The position numbers and the translations under genes are program-made. The notes under the pieces were generated by a model, which worked only from the letters and a program-made list of their open reading frames with translations, did no database searches and had not been told where the DNA came from. A stretch of 64,000 nt of DNA from an uncultured delta proteobacterium (GTDB lineage Bacteria; Desulfobacterota; RBG-13-43-22), in the NCBI GenBank assembly GCA_963790475.1, contig CAWBOS010000006.1, positions 160,001-224,000 of the forward strand. The letters are read 5' to 3'. Shown here one piece after another: positions 45,148 to 55,585 of this stretch (its first letter is position 1; every line of letters begins with the position of its first letter).

Positions 45148-47070
45148 ATGTGTGGAATCTGCGGCATATTTTATCTGGATAAGGATCGGGTGGTGTCACC
45201 GATTCTTTTGAAAAACATGGCTGACATCATGCATCACCGGGGGCCTGACGACGAAGGGTTTTATATCGCCGGACGGATTGGATTTGGCCATAGACGCCTC
45301 TCGATTATCGACCTCGATACAGGCAAGCAGCCGATAAGCAATGAAGATGAAACAGTCTGGATCGTTTTCAATGGAGAAATCTATAATTATCTGGAACTTA
45401 AAAAAACATTGATAGCCAAGGGACATCAGTTTAAGACTCGCTCGGATACCGAGGTGATTATTCATGCTTATGAGGAATATGGGGCCGATTGCGTAACCAA
45501 GCTCAATGGGATGTTCGCCTTCGCCATCTGGGACGAAAAACAACAAACCTTATTCCTGGCCCGGGACCGTGTCGGGATCAAACCGCTTTATTATACCCGG
45601 ACTGAAGGGGCCTTGGTGTTTGCCTCTGAAATCAAGGCCATTCTGACGGATCCTTCCATTCCCAGGAGAATGAACCTGGGTTCCATCGACAGGTTTCTGA
45701 CTTACTATTATCTCCCCGGGGAAGAAACTTTACTCGAAGGTATCTATAAACTTAGTCCAGGCCATTATCTAATAGCTAATGAAAAGGGGGTAACCAAACG
45801 GCGGTATTGGGATTTACATTTTGATATTTCACCTCGCTGGCAGGATTTTAATGAAGCGGTGGAAGCCTTACGGGAGATCCTGCGCCGGTCGGTCAAGGAT
45901 CATATGATCAGTGATGTCCCGGTGGGTGTGCTGCTCAGCGGCGGGGTGGATTCTACCGGAGTGTTGCGTTATGCCGTCGAGCAGACCGACAAACCTATTC
46001 GGACGTTTACCATCGGGTTTGAGGGAGAGAAATTTACCGACGAACGGCCCTATGCCCGTTTGGCGGCCGAGCGCTATGGTACGATTCATCAGGATATAAC
46101 CATGACCTCCAGGGATTTCCGTGAATTCCTCCCCCATTATGTCTGGCATATGGAAGAGCCCGTCTGTGAACCGCCGGCCGTGGCCCTCTATTATGTTTCC
46201 CGGCTCGCCCGGGACAACGGGGTCAAGGTGCTGCTCTCCGGGGAGGGGGGGGACGAGGCCTTCGGAGGTTATCAGACTTACCGAAACCTTCTTTTATTAG
46301 AGAAATTAAAATCAGCCTTCGGTCCGGCCAAAGGATTGTTGCGACTCGGTTTTCAGGCTTTGGGGCGGGTCGGTCTGAAACGTTTTGAACACTACGGCAC
46401 CTTGGTTGACCCGACCCTATCCCAATACTACCTCAGTCGTACTTCCACCCCATACATGGGATTCAACCGCCTCAAAGGTTCCCTTTACACGGAGGAATTC
46501 AAGGAAGCACTCCGTACCGGCCAATCAGCGGAATCAACCAATCAGCCTTTCAATCAATTTGATGATCTGCAGATCAACCAATCTCCCTTAAATTACATGC
46601 TTTATATGGATACGAAAACCTGGCTTCCGGATGATTTGCTGGTAAAGGCGGACAAGATGACCATGGCCACCTCTGTAGAGCTGCGGGTACCGCTGCTCGA
46701 TTTTCAAATTCTGGAATTCGCGGCATCGCTTCCGGAGGATTATAAGGTTCGGGGCTGGGAAACCAAACGGATCCTTAAGGCGTGCCTGGCAGAGTCCGTG
46801 CCCTCGGAAATTTTAAGAAGGAAAAAGACCGGCTTTCCAGTTCCATACGGCAACTGGTTACAAGGGAACCTGAAAGATCTCGTTGAAAAAAACTTATTAG
46901 AAAAAGAAGCTGTTGGACGTGGCTATTTTTTCAGAAAAGGGATAGAAGAGATGGTCTCAGCCAATGCGACGAGAGGGGATGGCGCCAAGGAGATCTTTTC
47001 CCTATTGGTATTAGAACTTTGGCATAAAAAATTTTTAGATAACAAAACCATGAATCCTTTAAGCTCTTAA
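45148..47070 (+). CDS. asnB: Asparagine synthase-like amidotransferase (sugar amidation)
   Basis: MCGICG, HRGPD, FNGEIYN, LLSGGVDS, SGEGGDE, KADKMTMA..ELRVP. Confidence 0.93.
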   Translation: MCGICGIFYLDKDRVVSPILLKNMADIMHHRGPDDEGFYIAGRIGFGHRRLSIIDLDTGKQPISNEDETVWIVFNGEIYNYLELKKTLIAKGHQFKTRSDTEVIIHAYEEYGADCVTKLNGMFAFAIWDEKQQTLFLARDRVGIKPLYYTRTEGALVFASEIKAILTDPSIPRRMNLGSIDRFLTYYYLPGEETLLEGIYKLSPGHYLIANEKGVTKRRYWDLHFDISPRWQDFNEAVEALREILRRSVKDHMISDVPVGVLLSGGVDSTGVLRYAVEQTDKPIRTFTIGFEGEKFTDERPYARLAAERYGTIHQDITMTSRDFREFLPHYVWHMEEPVCEPPAVALYYVSRLARDNGVKVLLSGEGGDEAFGGYQTYRNLLLLEKLKSAFGPAKGLLRLGFQALGRVGLKRFEHYGTLVDPTLSQYYLSRTSTPYMGFNRLKGSLYTEEFKEALRTGQSAESTNQPFNQFDDLQINQSPLNYMLYMDTKTWLPDDLLVKADKMTMATSVELRVPLLDFQILEFAASLPEDYKVRGWETKRILKACLAESVPSEILRRKKTGFPVPYGNWLQGNLKDLVEKNLLEKEAVGRGYFFRKGIEEMVSANATRGDGAKEIFSLLVLELWHKKFLDNKTMNPLSS

Positions 47071-47102
47071 GGAATTGTTTTTAAAATATAGGAAAACCGG
47101 TT

Positions 47103-48320
47103 ATGGAACATAACGCTAAGGTTCGGGTATTGTACAGCTTTCCTCACAAAATCGGGGCTGATAGGATCTGTTATACAGCCTGGCAGCAGGTAAATGGTCT
47201 GGCCCTTGCCGGTGCCGATATTTTGGTTTTCCCGGGGGTTCTTCACAAACCATTTCCGTCGAAGGTGAAAGTGCAGCCAACCCTCGCACGAGGGAAACTG
47301 CGGCTGTCGTACAAGCTTTTGGGGACCATGCGCGCCTGCGCGTTACACGACCATATTGTATCTCGCAGGATAAAAAAGCTGGTGGGCCAGATCGATATCA
47401 TCCACACCTGGGCCTTGGGGGCGGAAGAAACGCTAAAGACTGCCGCCAGGCTAGGGATTCCAACAGTTTTGGAAAGGCCTAACGCCCATACGCGTTTTGC
47501 CTATGAGGTGGTACAAAGGGAATGCGAGAAACTGGGCGTGGCTTTGCCGCCGAACCACGAACATGCTTATAAGGCCGATGTTCTGGAAAAGGAGGAAAGG
47601 GAGTATGAAATGGCCGATTATCTGTTATGCCCCTCCGAATTTGTGGTAAAAACCTTTCTTGACCAGGGTTTTAAACGGGAGAAATTGGTCAGGCACATAT
47701 ATGGATTTGATGAGAAGAGATTTTTTCCTGACAATAGGCAGAAAGATAACGGCAAAGGGATTACCATGATCTCGGTAGGTGTATGCGCCGTGAGGAAAGG
47801 GTTGCATTATGCATTGGAGGCCTGGCTGAATTCTCCAGCCAGCCGAGATGGGACATTCTTAATCGCCGGGGAATTTGTTCCCGACTATGCCAAAAAACTC
47901 TCGAAAATGCTGTCCCATCCTAGTGTTCAGGTGCTCGGGCACCGTAACGACGTGCCGGAATTGATCCGGAAAAGTGACATCCTGGTTCTGCCAAGCATCG
48001 AGGAAGGTTTTGGCCTGGTTTGCACTGAAGCCATGGGAAGTGGATGTGTCCCACTGGTTTCGGACGCCTGCACAGAAATATGTGTACATATGGAAAATGC
48101 CTTAGTGCACCACGTTGGTGACGTTAAGATGCTCACCCAACAAATCAACCAACTTTACCAAGATCGATTGCTCCTGGAGAGACTGCGTAAGGGATGTTTG
48201 GAAACCGCACCTGAAGTTACGTGGACCGTAGCAGGAGTCAGGTTGCTCCAGGCGTATCGAGAGGTCATGGCAGCCAGATCCGAGAGGAATATCTTAGATC
48301 GGCTCTCTCTGTGTAGTTAA
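47103..48320 (+). CDS. Glycosyltransferase family 4
   Basis: RKGLHY, PSIEEGFGLVCTEAMGSG. Confidence 0.9.
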   Translation: MEHNAKVRVLYSFPHKIGADRICYTAWQQVNGLALAGADILVFPGVLHKPFPSKVKVQPTLARGKLRLSYKLLGTMRACALHDHIVSRRIKKLVGQIDIIHTWALGAEETLKTAARLGIPTVLERPNAHTRFAYEVVQRECEKLGVALPPNHEHAYKADVLEKEEREYEMADYLLCPSEFVVKTFLDQGFKREKLVRHIYGFDEKRFFPDNRQKDNGKGITMISVGVCAVRKGLHYALEAWLNSPASRDGTFLIAGEFVPDYAKKLSKMLSHPSVQVLGHRNDVPELIRKSDILVLPSIEEGFGLVCTEAMGSGCVPLVSDACTEICVHMENALVHHVGDVKMLTQQINQLYQDRLLLERLRKGCLETAPEVTWTVAGVRLLQAYREVMAARSERNILDRLSLCS

Positions 48321-48335
48321 GTTTAGGTTATCTGT

Positions 48336-49295
48336 ATGAAAATCAGCGTTCTTATCCCGACTTACAATTCTTCAAAGACTATCCGAGCGACTCTCGACTC
48401 AGTGTTACAGCAAACTGTTCAGCCGGATGAAATACTTGTTCTCGATGATGGAAGCACCGACGATACGGTGTCACTGCTTAATTCATACAAGGGAAAGGTT
48501 AACGTTTTTCAGCAGGGGAATAGAGGTGTGGCCAGTGCCCGAAATGTGCTTTGCGAGCGTGCCAATGGGGACCTCATTGCTTTCCTCGATCACGATGACA
48601 TCTGGCATCCAGCCTACCTCGAGGTACAGCGTAGGCATTTAGAAGATTACCCAGACTCAGTTGCGTTCTTCACAGGGCATGTTAACTTTTATGGATATGG
48701 GGCGTACCGTTGGGAGAATAATGAATTTGACGTCGAGGAGACTCCTGAAGTAATGAGCCCCTTGAGGTTCTTTAAGAGATATAACAAATTCAACGGCCTT
48801 TTTAGCTCCGCCAGTTTCTTTTGCATTCGCAAATCGGTGCTGTCAAAAATTGGTAGCGAACCATTCCTTGAACAAGTCAGTGGAGTGGACGATGGTTATC
48901 TCTGCAATTTACTTCCCTTTTTTGGTTGTGTAGTCTATACTCGGCTTCCTTTGGTAGCGTATAGAATTATTAAGGAGGGACAATCGACGGACAAATTAAA
49001 GACCTTCGGGCTCAATGTAAAAATGTTTGAGCTTCTCGAGAGACGCTACAGAAACTTGCTAGACAGGAGACTCTCCACGGCCTTCGAAATGGCTTATGCT
49101 TCAAAAAGACGGACATACGCCAAGTTTTTATTGGGGGCAGGGATGACCTCCGACGCACGAGCCCAGCTACGGCACTCTCTGGGAAACACAAAAAATCCTT
49201 TGTCAATAGTAAAATCCCAGGCCTTGCTGTTATTGAGCTACATGCCCTCTCAGCTACAGCCTAAATATCCTACGAGCTACCGAGAATGGGAGTGA
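48336..49295 (+). CDS. Glycosyltransferase family 2
   Basis: SVLIPTYN, DDGSTD, FLDHDD. Confidence 0.9.
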   Translation: MKISVLIPTYNSSKTIRATLDSVLQQTVQPDEILVLDDGSTDDTVSLLNSYKGKVNVFQQGNRGVASARNVLCERANGDLIAFLDHDDIWHPAYLEVQRRHLEDYPDSVAFFTGHVNFYGYGAYRWENNEFDVEETPEVMSPLRFFKRYNKFNGLFSSASFFCIRKSVLSKIGSEPFLEQVSGVDDGYLCNLLPFFGCVVYTRLPLVAYRIIKEGQSTDKLKTFGLNVKMFELLERRYRNLLDRRLSTAFEMAYASKRRTYAKFLLGAGMTSDARAQLRHSLGNTKNPLSIVKSQALLLLSYMPSQLQPKYPTSYREWE

Positions 49296-49387
49296 TGAGA
49301 ATCTTTGTGAATATCAATGTGGTCGGAGGAGTTTGGATCAACCGCAGGAGACTATTATGAACCGGGATAGTAAAAATTACTAAGAAT

Positions 49388-50752
49388 GTGAAGAGGCGGA
49401 TGCCAGAAACAAATGCTCCAACTTTGAGCCTGATAGGCCTCCTGTTAACCTTAGGGTTAGGCTCCTTGTTCCTTGTGTTACCGCGACGGTTCGCAGTGTT
49501 TCCGCTGATAGCGTCGGCATGCTTCATTACCTTGGGCCAGACAATTGTAGTCGCAAATATCTTTCATTTTACATCCTTCCGGATCGTTATACTCGTTGGA
49601 TGGCTTAGGCTGCTTGTCCGCCACGAATTATCATTATCAACAAAGTTCAATATCATGGACAAGCTTATCATTGTCTATGCAAGCGTGGGTTTTATATTAC
49701 CTATCATACTATTCGGGACTCTAGAAGCTCTAATAGCCCAGTCGGGGTTTATATATAACTTAATAGGCATATATTTCTTATTCAGATTCCTAATTAGAGA
49801 TTACGAGGATATGGAAAAAGCTGTCAAGATACTAGGTCTCTGTTTGATTCCTCTTGCAGGGTTTATGATCGTTGAGATGTCTACGGGCAGGAATATGTTT
49901 TCTGCTTTAGGAGGTGTTCCCGAGTTCAGCGCTTTTCGAGATGGCCAATTTCGCTGTCAAGGACCGTTTAGGCATCCAATCCTGGCCGGTAGCTTGGGGG
50001 CTGTGTCCACGCCTCTCCTAATAGGGTTGTTGGGCAAGCAAGAAAATCGCAGATGGTGGGCCATACTAAGTATTATTGCCTCTACGGCGATTGTTATTGC
50101 TTCACATTCGAGTGGGCCCGCCTTGGCCTATGGCTTTGGGTTGATTGGCTTGGGGGCCTGGCTCTGGAGACGTAAAATGCGCCTTATCAGATGGGCAATC
50201 CTGACATCATTGATCTTGCTCCATCTCATAATGAAGGCGCCTGTGTGGTATTTGATGGACCGTATTAGCGGCTTAATAGGCGGAGGTGGGTGGCACCGGG
50301 CTTACCTTATAGATCAGGCGATTAAGCACATTGACGAGTGGTGGCTATTGGGCACGAAATCTACAGCTGATTGGATGCCTTACACTCTCGCCATCGACCC
50401 CAACGCCGCCGATATTACTAATCAATTTATTGTTGAAGGTGTGACAGGAGGGCTGTTAAGGATGGGGCTCTTTATCTGTATAATTGTGACATGCTTCATA
50501 ATAATCGGTAGTCGTGTGCGTAAACTGAATAATGTGTTTAAATATCAGGCATTTCTTATATGGGGTCTTGGGGCCAGCCTGCTGGCGCATGTCACATCGT
50601 TCTTTTCTGTATCCTATTTTGATCAAATGACTTTGTTCTGGTACATGCTCCTGGCATTTATTGTAACGTCAATTCCTTCATCTCGAGTTAGCGAGAATAT
50701 CACCACGGCTGGTTTTCAATATCCTAACCTTCACGACTGTTTCAAGAAATGA
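49388..50752 (+). CDS. wzy: Wzy-type polymerase / O-antigen ligase family membrane protein
   Basis: Multiple TM helices, RCQGPFRHPILAG, DITNQF periplasmic loop. Confidence 0.75.
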   Translation: MKRRMPETNAPTLSLIGLLLTLGLGSLFLVLPRRFAVFPLIASACFITLGQTIVVANIFHFTSFRIVILVGWLRLLVRHELSLSTKFNIMDKLIIVYASVGFILPIILFGTLEALIAQSGFIYNLIGIYFLFRFLIRDYEDMEKAVKILGLCLIPLAGFMIVEMSTGRNMFSALGGVPEFSAFRDGQFRCQGPFRHPILAGSLGAVSTPLLIGLLGKQENRRWWAILSIIASTAIVIASHSSGPALAYGFGLIGLGAWLWRRKMRLIRWAILTSLILLHLIMKAPVWYLMDRISGLIGGGGWHRAYLIDQAIKHIDEWWLLGTKSTADWMPYTLAIDPNAADITNQFIVEGVTGGLLRMGLFICIIVTCFIIIGSRVRKLNNVFKYQAFLIWGLGASLLAHVTSFFSVSYFDQMTLFWYMLLAFIVTSIPSSRVSENITTAGFQYPNLHDCFKK

Positions 50753-51259
50753 ATGATATGTACTGCTATGTAATTGTATGAGAGAAATGCTTGCATTCAC
50801 TCTAATGCGATCACAGGGGTATCTATTTTTAGGTCTTTTCGGAGTCCCTGTTTTCAATTGTTTCATGAGATGACGGCAATTCACTCAAATTCAATTTTGA
50901 CTAATGATCATAGGCAATTCAGTGATTTACTTTTGATGTGTTTTTATGATTTATCGTTGAATTAATCCATTTTATATAATTTCATTCCTTCAAGATCAGA
51001 GGATTGTCAATAACAAAAATTATATAGTGAAAAATCATTCAGCCTATATCGAAATCTGTAGAGAAAAACCTTCACCAGGGTGCTTATTTTTATATGCCGT
51101 TCTCAAAATATAGCTGATATTTTCAACTAATTTTTGTCATTTTATTACAAGTATTGTTAATCAATCCCCGCGCTTAACAGAGAACAGATATTTCCAAATC
51201 ATGAACAAAATATAATAAATGTAGATACATGTAATTTCCTGCTGATTAATTAATTATTG

Positions 51260-51275
51260 TGGCATTTTATTTGCA
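51260..51275 (+). promoter_or_regulatory. Sigma54 -24/-12 promoter
   Basis: TGGCATTTTATTTGCA, GG-N10-GC. Confidence 0.78.
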
Positions 51276-51329
51276 ATAAAATATTTTGTCAAAATTTAGG
51301 TTAAATTATAAGGTGAAGGGGAATTTTTT

Positions 51330-52892
51330 ATGAATAGAGTAGAATTATTTAGTAAATATACAAAAAAAAATGAGATTATAGGTCAAAGGGTTATAATGGC
51401 TCAATGCTTTAAAATTTGGATAGTAATAGCCTCCATTTTTTTATTCGTTGGACTTTGTGAGGCAAAAGATATTTATATTACTCAGACAGCAGCAGGGGGA
51501 AACACTGGAGCCGATTGCGCTAATGCCCATGCCGTGACATGGTTCAATTCTACCTCGAACTGGGGTACAGGGACTGGTAAAATAAGTCCGGGGGATACCG
51601 TTCATCTTTGTGGAACGATTACTTCATCCCTTTCGGCGCAGGACGGTAGTGCCGGAAATCCCGTGACTATCCTATGGGAAACAGGGGCCAAACTTAGCCA
51701 ATCCGCCGCCAGTACATTCATCGACATTACAGGGAGTACCTATCTTATCTTCGATGGAGGGACAAATGGAATAATTGAAAATACCGGAAATGGAACAGGA
51801 GGAACTTCGGTTTCAACCAAGGGTTTTGATATTGCAGGAGCCCATGATATTGAGGTAAGAAAATTAACCTTCCAAAACTTTTATACTCATACTTCCTTGA
51901 GCGACACAAACGTAGATGCGGCAGCAGGAGGGGCATTTTATATCAATGGTGGTGCTTCCAACATATCGATTCACGATAACACTTTTACCGATATAGGGTG
52001 GGTAATTAATCTTCAATGTGGATCAAACACCTGTTCGGGGTTCAATATTTATAATAATACCATTACGAATTACGATCATGGGATAGCCGTAGGAATGAAT
52101 AATGGTGGATCAATTACTGGCAGTAGCTTTTACAATAATCACTTTGGGACCACTCTGAATTGGGACACAACAGCCAATGCTTATCACCATGATGGGATTC
52201 ATCTGTATATCAATTCGGGAACGGCGACAACGGGAATCTCTATTTACAATAACCTTTTTGATGGGGATTGGGGAGATCATACTACAGCCCAAATTTACAT
52301 TGAAAATCCATGGTCGCTAACTGTTTATAATAATGTTTTTATCGGAGAGAATAGCAGAAATCTAACAAACGGGCATCTAAGTGTAAATGGTTTAAAAAGT
52401 GGTTCTAAAATATTGAATAATACGATAGTTGGAAGCGGGGCATCTTTTCAAACCGCATCGTGTTTGACTTTAGGCGGATCAGGAATGACAGTAGAAAACA
52501 ATGTTGTTACGGATTGTGCAAATCCAATTTATGTTGATATTCCATCTACCTTTACGAGCCTGGATTACAACATTTACGCCAAAAGTGGAAGCTCAAATGC
52601 TTTCAAGTGGGGATCTACCTTCTACAGTTACAGTAATTTTGCAGGTTGGAAATCTGCTTCAGGAGAAGGAAGCCATTCTTCGTATCAAACCAGTGCTGGA
52701 TTAAGTTCTACTGGTGTACCACAGGCAGGATCAATTGTTTTAAGTGGCGGAGCAAATTTAACTTCCCTTGATATAAACACTCTTAATTCGGATAAGGCAG
52801 GCACATCAAGACCTATAAATGGGGCTTGGGGCATAGGGGCTTTTCAGCTCTCTTATCCCCTACTTCAGCCAAAAAATTTGCACGTAAATTAA
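51330..52892 (+). CDS. Secreted right-handed parallel beta-helix protein (pectate-lyase-like fold)
   Basis: Signal peptide, PGDTVHLCG, repeated IYNNxF/HHDGI motifs, C-terminal GAWGIGAFQ; alternative start 51396. Confidence 0.75.
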   Translation: MNRVELFSKYTKKNEIIGQRVIMAQCFKIWIVIASIFLFVGLCEAKDIYITQTAAGGNTGADCANAHAVTWFNSTSNWGTGTGKISPGDTVHLCGTITSSLSAQDGSAGNPVTILWETGAKLSQSAASTFIDITGSTYLIFDGGTNGIIENTGNGTGGTSVSTKGFDIAGAHDIEVRKLTFQNFYTHTSLSDTNVDAAAGGAFYINGGASNISIHDNTFTDIGWVINLQCGSNTCSGFNIYNNTITNYDHGIAVGMNNGGSITGSSFYNNHFGTTLNWDTTANAYHHDGIHLYINSGTATTGISIYNNLFDGDWGDHTTAQIYIENPWSLTVYNNVFIGENSRNLTNGHLSVNGLKSGSKILNNTIVGSGASFQTASCLTLGGSGMTVENNVVTDCANPIYVDIPSTFTSLDYNIYAKSGSSNAFKWGSTFYSYSNFAGWKSASGEGSHSSYQTSAGLSSTGVPQAGSIVLSGGANLTSLDINTLNSDKAGTSRPINGAWGIGAFQLSYPLLQPKNLHVN

Positions 52893-53270
52893 GGTTCATT
52901 TAAATACACAGTATTTTATAAACAGGACATTTTAAGAGCATTAGTGTTTGAGAATCGGGATGTAGCCCCGAAAGCTGCTACCAAACCAAACAAAATTCCC
53001 AGGTTGATCTCTTCATATAGAAGGTGTTTTGCAAGGGACGAATATATTCAATTTTCTATCTGGGGGGTACATAGTCCCGCCATCAATGAATCTTCTATCT
53101 TTTCTGCCATACTACGAAATAAGGAATCGTTAGATAGTTCTACGATGGCTTATTCAAATTTGAACTAGCCAGGTTTCCCTCAATTCATAACCCTCTTTAT
53201 TTCAGCCTTTTCATAAAGGTTTTTTTTGAAGGTGAGTATTTGACGGGGGTAAGATGGAGTAACAGAAATA

Positions 53271-53945
53271 TTGGAAAATTCAGCTTTCAAAAATAAGAGC
53301 GACCCGTACTACAACATGTTCAAGAGCCGGATAGCTTCTCTAATTCCTGACGGTCCGAATGTAATACTCGATGTCGGATGTGCGGCAGGCACCTTTGGCC
53401 GGAAGCTTAAGAAATGGAATAAGGCCCATGAATTAGTTGGGATTGAAATTTTTAAGGAAGCAGCGGATGAGGCTTCAAAATGTTATGATAAAGTATATTG
53501 TGCTGACGTAGAGAACTCTCAACTCGAATATAGTGAGTATTTTGATTTTGTGATTTGCAGTGATATCCTAGAACATCTCAAGAACCACTATGAAATTCTT
53601 CGCAAGATCCATGGTTGGTTGAAAAAAGATGGATTTGTTCTCTTTTCCATTCCCAATATTCGGTACTGGAGAGTGATACGAAATCTTGTCATTCTTGGTC
53701 GCTGGGAATATGCGGAGGCAGGGATCCTTGACAAGACCCACTTGCGATTTTTTACGAGGCGATCCTTTTTAAAAGTTCTAAGAGAATCTGGGTTCCTCAT
53801 TCAACATTACGAAATGATCGTAGACGGGCTTAAACAGAAGCTGTTTGATCGAGTTACGTGCCATCTTTTTGAGGAATTCATGGGAGCACAAATAATTTTT
53901 GTTGCGAAGAAAGGAGAGACTATCGCTAGCAGACGCGGAGGATAA
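53271..53945 (+). CDS. Class I SAM methyltransferase
   Basis: LDVGCAAG, DILEHL, SIPNI, GILDKTHLRFFT. Confidence 0.88.
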   Translation: MENSAFKNKSDPYYNMFKSRIASLIPDGPNVILDVGCAAGTFGRKLKKWNKAHELVGIEIFKEAADEASKCYDKVYCADVENSQLEYSEYFDFVICSDILEHLKNHYEILRKIHGWLKKDGFVLFSIPNIRYWRVIRNLVILGRWEYAEAGILDKTHLRFFTRRSFLKVLRESGFLIQHYEMIVDGLKQKLFDRVTCHLFEEFMGAQIIFVAKKGETIASRRGG

Positions 53946-54030
53946 AATAATTACTTGGGGGAACAGATTATTATGCCACTGCTTAATTGTAACTTATTTT
54001 ATGCTCCTTATAATAAAGGTGGACATTTTA

Positions 54031-55215
54031 ATGAAAATACTTATGCAAAATAGACAAATGGCTCTTTCATATCCCGGTGGTGATACAATACAAATGTTAA
54101 AAACAAAAGAATATTTGGAGAAAAATGGCTTAACTGTTGATATATCTTTAGAAAGAGATCCAGAGGTCAAGTCCTATGACCTAATTCATATTTTTAACAT
54201 GCAGGATGTCGCTGTTACCCATAGCTATTTTCAGATCCTAAATGCCAAGAAAAAACGGAAACCCATTGCTCTTTCAACTATTTACTGGAACCTCTCTGAG
54301 GCTAACTCATGGGCAAGAGTTTTTAGGCAAGAAAAAGGTCCGTGGTATAAAACAAAAACTCTTGACCAGGTTATAAATTCAATATCAAGAAGAGCATTCT
54401 CAGTCGAGATTAGAAGGTTGCGTTACCTTGAGTGGCTTCAATGGCGTGCGCGGCAAGAGGAAAGTAACGAATTGATTAAGTCTTAACAACTATCTTGTTT
54501 ACTGCTTGCTGATGTTGTGTTGCCCAATGCGATTGCAGAATTGGATATGCTGATCAACGATTTTGAGATTTCTCCCAATAGAGCGTATATAATTCCAAAT
54601 GGCGCAGACTCTCTTTTTGAACACAGCGATGGAGCGGAATTTAAAAGGAAATATGGGTTACAAGACTTTGTATTATGTGTTGGGAGGATAGAACCTAACA
54701 AGAATCAACTTATGCTTATTAGGGCGATGAAAGGCTCAGGACTTCCGTTGGTTCTAATAGGAAAATGCGGAGATAAGGAGTATCTAAAACGATGCTTGAA
54801 CGAGTCTAAATCTGAGGTTAAATTTTTAGAAGCGATGCCGCATAGCGATCTTAGGTCTGCCTACGGGGCAGCAAAAGTTCACGCTCTACCAAGTTGGCGT
54901 GAAACCCCTGGTCTGGTAAGCCTAGAGGCAGGTCTTGCCGGCTGTAATGTGGTGGTTACCAACAGGGGTTCTACAGAAGAATATTTTAGAGATCTTGCGT
55001 TCTACTGTGAACCTGATGATGTCTCATCAATTAGGAGCGCGGTCATAAGAGCATTCAACGCACCTAGGACTCGTGATTTGGCAGACCATATTTTCAAGAA
55101 TTACACCTGGGAAAAGGCGGCAGAGAAAACATTAGACGCATATAAATCTATTATCGCTGAAGGAAGCGCGAGAGATGCTTATGCCAAATCACCATCTTTG
55201 AGGTTGAACTCCTGA
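54031..55215 (+). pseudogene. GT4 glycosyltransferase with in-frame TAA at 54484-54486
   Basis: MKILMQNR..PGGDTIQ and VGRIEPNKNQ..ETPGLVSLEAG are in the same frame either side of the stop. Confidence 0.8.
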
Positions 55216-55585
55216 AGATAGCCGCCATTTAAATGATTAGGATTCTTTATAACTCGCTGATACCTTATCATTTAAGAAGCGGGGTCAACTTCAGAGCCAT
55301 CAACCTGGCCAGATATTTACGAACCTCTCCTTGAACTTTAAACCAAATTATCGAGAAAATATTTCTGGAATAATTTGAATGCGCTTTAATAAATTTCTGA
55401 ATTGACCCTGTGCTGCCCAATCTTTTTATCCCTTTACTGGTAAATTCTTCTTGGTCTTTTAGACTTCTCTCTGCCTCTATTTTTCCATTTATTGAATTCA
55501 TCCCCTATAGTCATAGGGTTTCTCAAAACATCTTTATTTTATAATTATAGCCGGAAGCACTTTTGTCTCCATTTATGCGCCATTC

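Noticed and set aside
55268-55501. 77-aa minus-strand ORF
   Set aside because: No recognisable motif; cannot be supported although it lies in an intergenic gap
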